This document shows positions 12,690-26,769 of a stretch of 64,000 nt of DNA, one piece after another (the first letter of the stretch is position 1; the number at the start of each line of letters is the position of its first letter). This DNA comes from Eledone cirrhosa. Lineage: Eukaryota. The stretch covers positions 250,170,001-250,234,000 of the forward strand of contig OZ024743.1 of the NCBI GenBank assembly GCA_964016885.1, given 5' to 3'. Position numbers and translations under genes: made by a program. The notes under the pieces were generated by a model. That model saw only the letters and a program-made list of their open reading frames with translations. It was not told the origin of the DNA and did not search any database.

Positions 12690-12975
12690 GGCTGACAATC
12701 ATATACTTGTGAGTTTGATTCCAAAATTGGGCAGCATGCTCCATTCTTGGACAAGAAACTTTACTACACATTGCTCCAGTGTACTTATGACAAAAATGAG
12801 TCGTATTTATGATTCAAGAGGTCAGACTTGTCATGTCACGCATTGTATCACGTTGAATCTACCTGAGAATTATGTTAAGAATACATGTGTCTCTGAAATG
12901 TTCAGTCACTTACATCAATTTCCTAGGGAGAGAGTTTCATTGAGTGAATCAACTGGAACACTCAACATCCGAAAT
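12690..12975 (+). mobile_element. Degenerate tRNA-derived SINE (same family as 32245-32545)
   Basis: cttggacaagaaacttt..cacattgctccagt core and cctgagaattatgttaag body. Confidence 0.55.
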
Positions 12976-13451
12976 GCCAGAGATCCTACAACCACAACAA
13001 CCATTATCACTACGACAACAACAACCACAACAATCACAGCAACAACCACACCACCCTCACAAAAACAACCACTACAACTACAAACAACACCAACACACCA
13101 ACTACAACAACCTCAATAACAACAAAAAACACAACAGCAGCAACAGCAAAAACAACAACCATCACAATGACAACAACCAGAAACAACACCAACCACACCA
13201 ACATATAAAAACTATTGAATTGAATATATTATTTTATTCTATTGTTTTTGTCCCAATCTCTATCAATCTACAGGTTTACAGATATCGGTGACAACATATA
13301 TATAGGAACCAAAAATTGGATTTCACGTTTATTACATTTTTGATATAAAAAAAAAAAAGTGCAACCATTTTCAAGAGAATTTTTGAGTAGACAAAAGTTC
13401 GTCTGTAATGGTTCTGCTAGTTTTTATGTTTATCCATTTATTTCTGAATTT

Positions 13452-13492
<41 letters not shown>

Positions 13493-14169
13493 ATACACAC
13501 ACACACACATATACACATACATATCAAATAATATATATATTATTATTATTATTAGATATGTATGTGTATATATATATATACACACATACACACACACACA
13601 CACACACACATATATGTTTTTTTTAAATCTAGTTTATAACAAAGTTTTTCAATGCATAGTTTTACAGTCACATTGCTATAAAATATTGCCTTGCTTGAAT
13701 AACTGCCGAATTTTAGTCAAACAGCATTGATTTCATCATCATCATCACTGTCATGATCTACCACCACTCCCACTATCATCACAGTCTTGGATAGATGGAT
13801 ATGTATAAACACACACACATACAAATATACATATGTGTGTATATGTGTGTGCAAAATTCTGCTTCTGTTAAGAAAGACTAACAACTTATTTTTGCATAAA
13901 TTTCACAACTACTTTTATTCAAATGTCTTCATTTGCATGTATCTGTTCTTGCTTCTGTTGTCTGGTGATTTATATAACCATCTTATACTATTCTTCCTAT
14001 ATATGCCCCACCTTACCTTGCATCTCGTAACATTCCATTGTCAATACTGTGTTTCTTCAGACATTCTTCCTCTATTTACAATAATACTTCATCTACATAA
14101 AGCATCTCTTACATTTCTAAATAATAATATATTCCAACTGTTATGTCATTCATCCATTTATACAACCCA

Positions 14170-14840
14170 TAGTTTTATGATTATCAAAGTTGTTGGCATT
14201 AAGAAGGGCATCCAATTGTAGAAACCATGACAAAATATGAACAAACTGAACTAACAGAATGTAGAGAGCATCTTTTGGTCTTTTCAAAGACATCACACCC
14301 TCTTTATTTTTGGTGCCATATAAAATGGTTGGCCTTTAAAAGGGCATCCAGCTGTAGAAATCAAAGCAAATTATGAATCAACTAAATCAATATGAAGTGG
14401 AGAGGACATTTTGTTTTGGATTTGACACCCTCTCTAGGGCTGGTGCTATAATAAAACACACTCAGTATACTCTGTAAAGAGGTTGAGGATCAAACAGATA
14501 ATATAGAGTAGAGAGGATCCTTCATCAAGTTGAACACATGATAACCTGTCTAATACTGGTGCCTTGAAAAATGCACCCAGTACACTTCGTAAAGTGGTGG
14601 GCATTAAGAAAGGCATCCAGTTGTAGAAACTGAGCTCTTCAGTCATTTCAATGACATAACACCTGTCCTAGTACACCCTGTAAAATGGTTGGCATTAGAA
14701 AGGGCATCTAGGTGTAGAAACCATGCCAGGACATACTCCTTTCATCCCACTAGGAAGACAATACCTCCAATTAAGTACTGATTTGGTCCCAAATAACCCA
14801 TCCAATCCATGACTTCATAGTAAAGTAGACATAAAATGAT
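14170..14840 (+). repeat. Tandem degenerate SINE 3' modules
   Basis: Four copies of gttggcattaagaagggcatccagttgtagaaa followed by an RTE-like tail. Confidence 0.6.
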
Positions 14841-15449
14841 AATAATGTCCATCATCATCATGACTTGTTTGGATTCCTGAATATTCTACAGTAGTCCTCA
14901 ACCCCTATCTTACTTCCATACACTATTACCCTATTGTATTTGAATAACAAAAATTTAGCTTCTATATGGATGCTTGACCTAGAAGCAGCAGCCAAATTCC
15001 CCTTCAAATCAAGCCTATATTGTTTTAAAAGCTAACACATTAGATAGTATATTCCTGGGTACACCCTTCCTGAAAGAGGTGGTATGATAATGGCTGGTAT
15101 GATAATGGGTGGAATGCCTTGGTCAGTTCAATCAAGGCTGACTTGGAGCCTAACAACATTAACATTATTAGATATATAATTCCGTAGCATTTATCTCTTA
15201 TTAGAAACATTTGTTAAATGGTGGGCTTTACTGTGGCGATGGATTATTTCTTTTATAGAAAATAAATGAGTGTGGCATATATTTGGAGACGGCAGATTTA
15301 GGAAAGATATTTCATTTTTTGGTGAATTAGATTAATAAAAAAACAATTGAGAGCAATCTTACAAAACTTTATTTTCTAGGAAAAACATAAAATTTTATGT
15401 ATAAAGCTTGTGGAAACCAACTTTTATCCAATTATCATCCTTTATAGGA

Positions 15450-15845
15450 AAATATCTGCCTACCATTACCCTATATAGGCAAGCATCATTAGATACCATT
15501 ACCTTATGTAGGCAAACATCACTGCCTACAATTGCCCTATATAGGCAAGCATCATTAGATACCATTACCCTATGTAGGCAAACATCACTGCCTACAATTG
15601 CCCTATATAGGCAAACATCACATGCTACAATTACTCTATTAGGCAAACATCATTATATACCATTACTCTATAAAGGCAAACATCATTAGAAACCATTATG
15701 CTATGTAGGCAAATATCACTGCCTACTATTGCCTTATATAGGCAAACAGCACTACCTACCGTTACTCTATTAGGCAAACACTATTAGAAACCATTATGCT
15801 ATGCAGGCAAACACCACTGTCTACCATTGCCCTATATAGGTAGAC
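15450..15845. repeat. Minisatellite, 30-bp unit in 60-bp higher order
   Basis: ctgcctacaattgccctatataggcaagcatcattagataccattaccctatgtaggcaaacatca repeated. Confidence 0.9.
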
Positions 15846-16104
15846 AGTTTAATTAGTCGTATCTCATGAACAGAATTTATAAGTTATATATAATATTAAT
15901 TTCAAAGCTTTGCAAGCATGACTTGAAAAAAAACATAAAATGAGGATGTTGTTGTTGATGATGATGATTGTGCAACTTCTCCCATTGTTGTGTTCATACA
16001 GTATGTGTGTGTGTGTGTGTGTGTGAAATGATAAAGAAATAGAGGGAGACCAGAGAAACATTACATGCCCATCAGGTTCTACAATAATTTGGTTTTTATT
16101 ACTG

Positions 16105-16196
<92 letters not shown>

Positions 16197-16328
16197 ATAT
16201 GTATTATGTGTATATATATATATAGAGAGAGAGAGATGTGTGTGTATATGTATTATGTATATATATATATATATATATGATATATATATATATATAATAT
16301 ATATATAATATACATATATATACATAGA

Positions 16329-16360
<32 letters not shown>

Positions 16361-16472
16361 ATATATATATATATTATATATATATATATAAATATATATA
16401 TATGATATATATATATAATATATATATAATATACATATATATACATAGATGTGTGTGTGTGTATATATATAT

Positions 16473-16517
<45 letters not shown>

Positions 16518-16674
16518 AAATATATATATATGATATATATAATATATATATAATATACATATATATATACATAGATGTGTGTGTGTGTATATATATATAT
16601 AATATATATATAATATATATATATATATATTATATATTTATATAAATATATATATAATATATATATATATATTA

Positions 16675-16722
<48 letters not shown>

Positions 16723-16867
16723 ATATATAAATATATATATGTATTATACACACACACATATTCATATATGTTTCTGATTAATAAGACTTTAGCTAATTAA
16801 TCTCTTTACAAATAATTTCATATAGAGTATTATTTTACCCTGAAAAACTGCCATTAATGAATATGAT

Positions 16868-16953
<86 letters not shown>

Positions 16954-17213
16954 TGAATGAGAATAATAATAACAACAACAACAATGAAAAATAAAAAAAT
17001 ATAATATATATATATATTACAGACTACTTTTAATACAAAATAAGTATTTTTTTTTAAATCTGAATTTAATTATCTAGACATACTTCTCTTCAAATTTATA
17101 AGTAGATCATTTATTTTTTCTAGACTATAATAGATACTTAGAAACTGAACATATCTTAGTGGTTGTTTATTTATTTCAATGTTGTTTTTATATCTCTATT
17201 TACGGGAGTGTAT

Positions 17214-17313
17214 GGGTGCAGGCATGGCTGTGTCGTTAAGGAGTTCACTTCTCAACCACATGGTTTTAAGTTCAGTCCCACTACTGTGTGGCCCCTTGGG
17301 CAAGTGACTTCTG

Positions 17314-17386
<73 letters not shown>

Positions 17387-17510
17387 TGTCCGTTTTCATA
17401 TTTAGTTATGTATGTATCTGAGTTTGTGTTTCAATATATTGGTTTGACAAAAACAGATCGATAAAATAAGTACCGAACTTGAAAGAATGAGTACTGGGAT
17501 TGATATGATC
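17214..17510 (+). mobile_element. tRNA-derived SINE interrupted by (GT)n
   Basis: A-box tggctgtgtcg, B-box-like gttcagtcc, ccttgggcaagtg core. Confidence 0.65.
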
Positions 17511-18564
17511 CACATACACACACATACAGGCAGACAAAGACATACATACAAGTATACATACAAACATTTATTCTTGCATAAGCAGGGAATAGCTTTTCTT
17601 TCAAACATGTTATGTTGAAAACATGACTGTGATCCAGGTTGGTCATTTTTATTAAGGATTGTTCATAGCTCTTTATTAGTTTAGAACCGTAGCTTTCCTA
17701 AATCTATGTGGGTATCAATGTTTCAAGGCCTTGACAGCCCCAATCAAAATCAATGGTGTATTGGTCACATACATAAAAGATCATGAGAGTAGTAGTAAAT
17801 CATGAATGCTTTATTTAAAATTTCTCAACATTTGGAGCATGGCACTTATTGTAATTTTTTGGTTTATATTTTGATATTAGCCAAACCCCAATAGATCCTT
17901 GCCTGGTCTTATATGGAGTTGTAGTTTTATCAACCAATATGTGTGTGTCTATACATATATGATATTTCAAGACCTATTACAAGTAATCCGTGTTAGTTGA
18001 TCAAGCAATCAAATGATTGTGGTGTAATCATTATAAGCACTCCATGATGCGGTATTACATATATGGTGTCAGTATTATAAAAAAAATGAACACAGATGGT
18101 ATCATGTATTTGTGATACCATCTCTTTTTTATAAATAATATATATATATATATTGGCCCATAGCAGTTACCAACATAATATGTATTAGCAAATTTGCACA
18201 TGGAAAAATGAACATAAACCACAGAAGAATGCAAGCATCTATTCTCTTCAGCCACCCCTGGAAATATAATTTCATACAATTGGGTGTAACTGTATGCAGT
18301 ATTTTAGGTAGAACATTCAATGCCTTTAAAGTGTTTTTAGGTTCCAGATATGTATAAGACAACACAATAACAAAGTAACTAAACAGAAACTAAACAGTAC
18401 AAGTGAATATAAATGCGTATTTTCTCTTAAATAACACAAAAATGTCTATGAGACTTGTAAATAGACATGAGTATATGTATAATAGGTAATGCTGGAGAGG
18501 AAGGAAATATAGAGCATTTCATCCTATTTATATATGTATATATATATATATATGCTTGTGTGTG

Positions 18565-18595
<31 letters not shown>

Positions 18596-19619
18596 CTGTG
18601 TCAGTGTGTGTGTATATATATATATGTGTGTGTGTGAGAGAAGGAGAGAGTGAGAAAAAGTATCCAAAATATCTCTTAAAAGAATGCAGTAAATATAATC
18701 CATTTCTTTCACCTGCAAACTAAAATTTATTGCCTGCGAATTCTTTTTCAGCAGCTCTAGATATTAATCAAACTTAACCATTCTTAACCAATACAATTAC
18801 ATATTCCAGTAAGATTCCAGCTACACACAGACACATTCACACACACAGTGACAAACTGATGTACAGAGACACTAGATATAAAGAACCGCCCCAAGCAATT
18901 GTCCCAACCTTTTCCTCATGGAGACACCAAATAAAGAATATAAGAAATAAATTTCTAAACATTTGATGCAATAATATTGCAGTTCTGTATAAATTAATAA
19001 TATTGGTGCATAATAATTCACAGAGTTGCAGTGGAACAAGGAATTGGCATGGAATCCTAATAAGATTTTTTAATATATATACTTTTTTTTGTGCAGATAT
19101 TTTTGTTTATTTCATTATTATTGGGTGGGGTGGGGGTGCAAAAACAAATTTACAATGAATTATTTTATTTATTTTTTTTTTTTTCATGGTGACAATATTT
19201 CCCTCAGATAAAAATATGTCAAAGAAAAAAAAAAAAAAAACATTTAAGAACGATAGAATATTATTATCGTTATTATTATTATTGTCCTCATTATTATTAT
19301 TATTATTACTATTATTATTATTCATGAAACCATGTTCGGCAGCTTCCATTAATAAATTTGCCCTTAAAAAATTAATACCATCAACGTATGATTAATTCAG
19401 AGCATTATTAAGAATTTGAAAGAAAGAAAAGAAGAAAAGCCAACCTACTATTATTGAATATTCATATGAAGGAAAGGTCAGAGGTTATTCCTCAGTTATA
19501 TTAAGACAATGACTGAAATACCAACACTAGAAAACGTCTCATTATAAAGACTTCATCCATTTAAAGCCTACTGCTGAGAAAATAGTATTGAAAGGAAAAT
19601 GATGAAATGGGAATTAACT

Positions 19620-20100
19620 CTTAGCACTCTGAAATTATTTAGCAGAAAATATCTAAAAATGGGGATTGCTAATTCAAATGTTGATATTATCTTTATTAGT
19701 GAACAGATTGTTGTGAACATTTGCAGTATAAGCTTTTAACATTCTGTAATAATTTAGAAAATATCTTGAAGTACGTTTGTTAATTCAAATATTTGGAGTA
19801 TTTTTACCATTGGATAGATGGCTATGTACATTTGCAGTATTAGCTCTCAACATCCTCTAATAATTTAGCAGAAAATATCTGAAAATAGGTTTGTTAATTC
19901 AAATATTTGCAGCATTTTTACCATTAGATAGATTGTGAAAATGTTCAGTATTAGTTTTATACATACTGTAATGATTTAGCAGAAACTAAAAGTGGTTTTA
20001 TTAATCCAAATGTTTATAGTATCTTTATGAGTGGATAGATTGTTGTAACTATTTGCAATATTAACACTTAATATTCTGTAATGATTTAGCAGAAAATATG
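19620..20100. repeat. Degenerate ~118-bp tandem repeat
   Basis: tgtaatgatttagcagaaaatat...ttaattcaaatatttg...gatagattg recurs 4-5 times. Confidence 0.75.
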
Positions 20101-20979
20101 TTAAAACAGGGAGGTGGGAGTCCATCAGGGAAATCTGTTTAAACAAAAGAAGTCATTGGTAGTGAAAAGGTTGGGAAATTATTGTATTGGTATATCTAGG
20201 AAATAAGATAGTTGCGCTTACATTTTGCTAATTTAGCTGATGTTATTTTTAATAAGTAATTGGAGACATTAATTTATTAGTACATCTTTTTCAAGCTAGA
20301 GTACACAGAAACCTGGGTGTCCACAAAGGTTGTATTGGGGGTTCCATTAGCTAAGTTTGAAATTTCACACACCATTGAGTATCCATTTTTCTCTATCTTA
20401 ATAGTGATTCTCATTGTATAACAATTTCAACTAGTTTATTAAAAGACAATATACACACACCATTGAGTATCTATTATTCTCTCAGCATAAACATTTCTCT
20501 CTTTCAATTGTTATTCTCATGGTATATAATTCTGGGAGGGGAAGACAATTGTAGTGGGAAGAGGTGTGGGAAAATTTATTTCAATAAGATATGCCTGAAA
20601 ATTTCTCACTCTGTTCTGTTGTTGCTTATATGCACATTGTGCATTTACCTTAATGTGCATCACATGCATATCTTGTACCATAATATGCATTTAATTCTGC
20701 AACAGGGCCATTTGCAACAACAATTTGCAGTGTGTATGTGTGCGAGTTTTTATAACCATATGTATGTAAGAGTGTGTGTGTGTGCGCCTTGAAATGTGTG
20801 TCTGTGTGTGCATGTGTGTGTGTACGTATGTGTGTGTGAATGTGTATGAGCATGTCTGCATGTGTGTGTATGTGAATGTTTGTGTGTATGTGTGAGTAAG
20901 TGTTTATAAGCATGTTCGTGTGTGTGTGTGTATGTTCGTGTGTGTGTGTTGGTGTGTGTATGTTTGTATGTACATGTGT

Positions 20980-21049
<70 letters not shown>

Positions 21050-21706
21050 ATGCATAAATGCATGAGTAGCTTCGTACTTCGAAACATGAGGAAATATTAA
21101 AATTAGTCTTGTTTAAATTTAGAATTCCCATATCATATTGTATGCATTATTCATAAATTTATATTCACCATATATATACATTACACACACTATATAATAT
21201 ATATATATATTACACATACTATATATATATATATATATACACACACATATATATATAGACGTTAGACACACTATATATATATATCATTTGTGTGTTATCT
21301 GTATGTTTATATGCATATGGGTGTGTGCGTATAAATGTGCATGTGTATATATATATGTGTGTGTGTGTGTGTGTACGTGTGTTTGTAGTGTTTGTACATG
21401 TGTGTGTATATGTGTGTGTTTGTGCAAATATGTAAGTGTATGTATGTGCATACAAAGACGTGTGTATGGTTATGGAATTTGCTTCATAACCAGGTACAGA
21501 TACAGTCTCACTGTGTGACATTTTGGCCAAATGTCTACTGCTTTCAGTTGACCAATAACTTGCAAGTGTAACTGTATATATATGAGCCTCAGTGTGGTTG
21601 CGTGGTGTGTGTGCGCATGTATATATGTACATGTGTGAAAGCTTTTGTATATATACATTACATGTGTGTGTATGTTTAAACTATATATATATATATATAT
21701 ATATAT

Positions 21707-21948
21707 AACAAAGGAATTGTGGTAAGGAACCAGATGGACCATAACACACCAGAGTACTCAATACTTAGGGTAGTAGAGTGGGAAATAGGAAAAAGTATGA
21801 CCCCGACGGCAGAGCTCAAGCCGTTTCGACGGCAGAGCTCAAGCCGTTTCGACGGCTATTTCTGGACTAAATTAGATTCTAAATTCTAATTTAGTCCAAA
21901 AATAGCCGTCGAAACGGCTTGAGCTCTGCCGTCGGGGTCATACTTGTT

Positions 21949-21952
<4 letters not shown>
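21707..21952 (-). mobile_element. pLTR-like repeat family B with fold-back palindrome and HHR 3' half
   Basis: Arms 21786-21876 and 21886-21952; GAAA-cggc-loop-gccg-TC; homologues at 33453-33644 and 56860-56918. Confidence 0.7.
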
Positions 21953-22011
<59 letters not shown>

Positions 22012-22898
22012 CAAGAAGGAAAAGAAGAACAACAAAACAACACAAAAGATTTGGACATTTAAAAAGATTACGTCAAAAGTAAAATTCCACAAACTATGAT
22101 AAAAAATTAATTAAATATTAACTAATTATTTTAAACAGCAATCTAGTTATCCATCTTCCATATTTCATTAAAAGATTTTCCATGATTTCACTCTTAAACA
22201 TTTGATGGGTGCTACATGGAAAATAACGTTTATTTTACAATAGAGGTATTTGATGGAGTTGATGGATGCTCCATCGATTATAGCAATGCTCAAGAGGACA
22301 TCTTATTAATGAATTAACATATAAGTGGTTGAGTATTTCACAGACACATTTAGCATTGGCAGAACTCTCAAGCTGAATCAGTGTAATGCAAATTGTAATA
22401 AGACTGGGCCTTTGAATAACAGATACAATCTTCCTTGTTTGTGGTTGAGTATTCCACAGACATGTGTACCTTTAATACAATTTTAAGTTGAACCAGCATG
22501 ACAATATATGACAAGGCTAGATCTTTTAATTACAGGTGTAGTTCACCTTGTAAAATACTTGAAGTGGGTGAGTATTCCTAAGTCAAATTAGCAAGACATA
22601 ATATATAACAAGACTGGAGGTTTAAATTACATGTAGAATCATATATAACTATATATATATATATATATAAAACGTATTGTGTCCACTCCTATGCAAATTC
22701 TTATTTACAACATACAATTTTTGTAAAATCACAGAGTGAGAGGTAACCAGCGATCTTGAATGAAATCTAATTGTTTGGCTCATTGAAATTAATATATATA
22801 TATATATATATAATGGTACATACCTATATATACAAACATATATGCACAGTACCTATATATATACATATATATGCAAAGATAAATATACATATGCATAG

Positions 22899-22957
<59 letters not shown>

Positions 22958-22958
<1 letters not shown>

Positions 22959-23160
22959 ATGTAAAAGGTAAACAGAAATAACAACACAAACGATACAGTA
23001 TATGGAAGGAATATATTAATTTAATGCTTAAAATAGTAGAAAGAGGATCTTAACGTTTCGGATGTTAGTCCTTCATCAGAAGAAAGAATGAGAAATAAGA
23101 AAGATTGAAGGGATGGGTAGAGTGGAATCAGAAACATTTTTTTTAGAGAAAACTAACAGG
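22958..23160 (-). mobile_element. Family A pLTR-like repeat with intact HHR core (23048-23083)
   Basis: Minus strand tctt-CTGATGA-a-ggac-taac-atcc-GAAA-cg-TT-aaga. Confidence 0.82.
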
Positions 23161-24349
23161 ATATATAAATGTGTGTGTGTGTGTGATCAATATTATCATC
23201 ATTTAACATCTATTTTTTTCACTTGCATGGGTTAGGTGGGTTATCACATTATAAGACAAGTCAGGTCAGGTGACCCACATCTTGCTTATAAGGATCTGTA
23301 ATTTGGCTTAGTTTGTATAGCTTAATGCCCTTCCTAATGCCAACCACATTGCAACAAAGACCAAAATCCAGAGAGGACTCGATAAAGGTTTTATAAAAGT
23401 GAAAGCAGAAATTGATTGATAATCTTTTAATCTATGGTAATAATAAATTTAAAAATATATGTTATTTATGTCTGTATCTGTGTTTATGTCCTGTAACTTA
23501 GCAGTTCAACAAAAAGATGAATAAAATAGACTTGAAAAATAAAAAGTTCTGGATTGGTATGATTGACTAAATCAAGGTGGTGACCACAGTCTGCTGACTG
23601 AAACCCATAAAAGAATATATATATAAATACACACATTTTTGGCAGTGCCATGGAGAGAGAAAGAAAGAGAGAGAGAATGTCTTTCAGAGATAGACAACAG
23701 CAGCTAAACTATCAATCAAGCTAAAATTATATATATTGATGATGTAGAAATATGATTGCCTCCAAGGACTTGTAGAATGATACAGATGTATTATTATTGT
23801 TATTATTATTATTATTATTAGTAGTAGTAGTAGTAGTTTTTATAGTTGTAGTATTTATTATTATAAAAGGAGTAGGTGTAGTAGTAGTAATAGCAGTAGT
23901 AAATATTGTCATAGCTTTGTTGTAATTGTTGTAGTAGTTGGTACTGTCGTCATCATTGCTGACAATATTGTTGTTGCTATTGTTTTTATTGTTTTTGTTG
24001 GTGGTGCTGATTTCGTTGTTATTCGTATTGTTGTTGTAGTTGTTATTGTAGTAGCTGTTACCATTGTGGTCAAAAATGTTGTAGTAGCAGTTGTTGCTGT
24101 TTTTGTTCCTATTGCTATAGTAGTAGTAATTGTTGTTGTTTTTATTCATATCGATGCTGTAGAAGTTGTTGTTGTTGTAGCTGCTATTGTTAAAGAATCC
24201 AAGAATATTGTTGTTGAATATAAAAGCAGAGTGATTTGTGATATGATAAGTGGCTGAGAAAACCATCTTTTCTTCTGTAAACAGAATGATGTAACGATTG
24301 CTGTTATTAGGAAGTGTGTGGAAAATATATTGTAGTTGTTATTTAGCCC

Positions 24350-24810
24350 TAGGTTTATTTAGAGCATTGTACACAATGCCTTGCAGTTCTGTATGCCATT
24401 AGTTCAAATCTCACCAGGGCCAACCTTGATTTAAAAAAAATTATATTTTTCTGGGGTTAATAAAATAAAATACCAACCCAGGTGGTGGATTAGTACAATC
24501 ATTAGAGCAAAGGACAAAATACTTTCTTGTCCATGTCATAGCACTTTATGTTCTAGGTTCAAATCACACCAAGATCAACTTCGATTTACATTTTTCTGGA
24601 GTCAATAAAATATAAAACCAGTCCAGGGTGGCAAATTGGCAGAACGATTTGAGAATCGGATAAAATGTTTGATGGTATTTTTTGCTGCTCTTTACATTCT
24701 GTGTTCAAATCTTGTTGATGTCAACTTTGATTTATTTTCGCAGGTGTGGGGGACATAAAATAAAATACGCGTCAAACGTTGGGGTTGATACTATCGATGT
24801 CAATCTATCA
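24350..24810 (+). mobile_element. Three tandem degenerate copies of a gttcaaatc-type SINE
   Basis: Repeated gttcaaatc..gtcaactttg..taaaataa..accag module. Confidence 0.6.
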
Positions 24811-25719
24811 CCATCGCACAATAGAAACCAAATTTCTATTAATTAAACAACTGGAATGCCGGTATATATTTACTTATTATTGACTCCCTCTCATTTTGGT
24901 TAGAAAAACCTGAGATCCACAGGGTCTTTGAAGAGGAGCAGGTCTGAAAAAATAGTGCTGAAGGTGGAGGAGAGGGTCTATGTATTGTTGAGTAGGCATC
25001 ATCACTGTTTAGCATCCAAACCATTTAAAAGCCTGGCGGTTGTAAAGAAAACTTATGCGTGTGTGTGAATTTTATAACTATGTGTCTGTGTGTCTGTTTC
25101 TGTGTGTGCATGTGTTTGCATTGGCAGTGAAAGAGTTAGGGATCTCTGCCTCCAGAGGAACAAATGGTGGAGTTAAATCCAAGGGGATTTGAACTGAAAT
25201 GGTAGAAATATACAAAAAAATAGTTAACTACTGTCTGCACAACTAATTTCTGACATTTCATCAGGCCAGTGAAGACTTGGATAGAAGTGGTTAGGATAGA
25301 TCTCAAAACACTGAATCCTAAAGGAGGTAACAGAAGACACAGTGAGTGGAGGAAAGCTGTACTAGAAAAGACCCATGCAAGTATGGAAAAGTGGACATTA
25401 ATGGATGATGGTGATGATTGATAAATAAACCAAACTCCACAGAATTGATATAAATCTTTTTATATCAACAGGCCTTCTCTAATACAAAAATTACTTGTCA
25501 GTAATTAAAAACTTGTTCTTCATTGAAATTAAAACTTTCCATCATAATTTTATGTAGGAACCTTTGTTAGGCTTCAAACACCCTGCTGAATAATGAGAAA
25601 GTTATTTATATGACTAAATCCTTTAAAATTCTCGATTATTCTTAAAATTATCTGAAAACTATAGGGAGTTTCTTTTATTAGAAATATGGTAGTGAAAAAG
25701 TTAATTATAAAGGTTATTA

Positions 25720-26125
25720 ATTGAGGCACAAGGCCAGAAATTTGAAGAGACAAAGAAAAATTGATTAAATCCACCTGAATACTTGATTGATATCTTGTAT
25801 TTTCAAAGCCAGAAGAACGAAAGAAAGTTCACCTCATTGGGATTTGAACTCAGATTGTAAAGAACAAAACAAAAAACTGCACACCATTGTGTACAGAATA
25901 ATAATTGTTTCTACGATAGGCAAAAGGCCAGCAATTTGAAAGTGAAGGGAAAGTCGATTAAATCGACCCCCATTGCATTACTGGTGCTTCATTTTATCAA
26001 TCCCCATAAGGATGAAAGACCAAGCTACCCTCAGTGGGATTTGAACGCAGAACGTAAAGGGTCGTAACTCTATGCCACAAAGCATATTGTCCGATGTTCC
26101 ACTGATACTGCCAATCCACCACCCT
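25720..26125 (-). mobile_element. Two copies of the same SINE family
   Basis: ggatttgaac(t/g)caga and gtcgattaaatcgacccc modules; more copies at 26405-26505, 44180-45000 (-, four) and 50245-50462 (+). Confidence 0.7.
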
Positions 26126-26159
26126 AATAATAATAATAATAATGATAACAATAATAATA

Positions 26160-26352
26160 ATGCTTTCTTTATTAACCACAAGGGTTTACACAAAGTAGAC
26201 ATTAAGGACAGTACAGGACAATATAGGACGGTACAAAAGGGCATTTCTGCGTGTAAAAAACAAAAAAAAAACAGAGGATGTAATAATAGAACAATGAAAA
26301 AAAATTCCCCAATAGGGGGGAGACTTCCGAGGGCCATCGTGGAGAAAGCCCA
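26160..26352 (-). mobile_element. Probable 3' UTR fragment of an L1/Tx1-like LINE
   Basis: Minus strand ends gtggttAATAAAgaaagc followed by (ATT)n; family assignment is from recall only. Confidence 0.4.
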
Positions 26353-26515
26353 AATAATAATAATGATAACAATAATGAAAGACTTATTTCACAAAAATTC
26401 CTCCAATGTTGACTTGGCAGGATTTGAACTCAGGATGAATAGAACCATAACAAAATACCATGATGTATTCTGTCTGATTCTTTAACGATACTGCCACTAC
26501 ACTGCCCTCACCAAC

Positions 26516-26769
26516 TTAACCCTTTCATTACTGTATATCTAATAATGTAACACTGCCTATGTGTTTTTAGTAATTTTGAAAATAATCAAATATTTAGAGA
26601 AATTTAATAAAGTAACTAACTCATTAGTAAGCTGATATTTAGAACATTACCCAACAAAAATTTCTTAAATGAAATTACGATTGAAGGATTTAATATAAGT
26701 AAAATCATTTAAAATGAGCAGCTTTATGCAGGGTAGAGGTTTCAGGCAGTTTGGTATGAAAAGGGTTAA
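26516..26769. mobile_element. TTAA-flanked piggyBac-like MITE
   Basis: TTAA-ccctttcattac ... gtatgaaaaggg-TTAA; decayed relatives at 31180-31445 and 47644-47903. Confidence 0.75.

Noticed and set aside
15450-15845. Repeat-protein ORFs on both strands
   Set aside because: Simple 30-bp minisatellite with stops in later units
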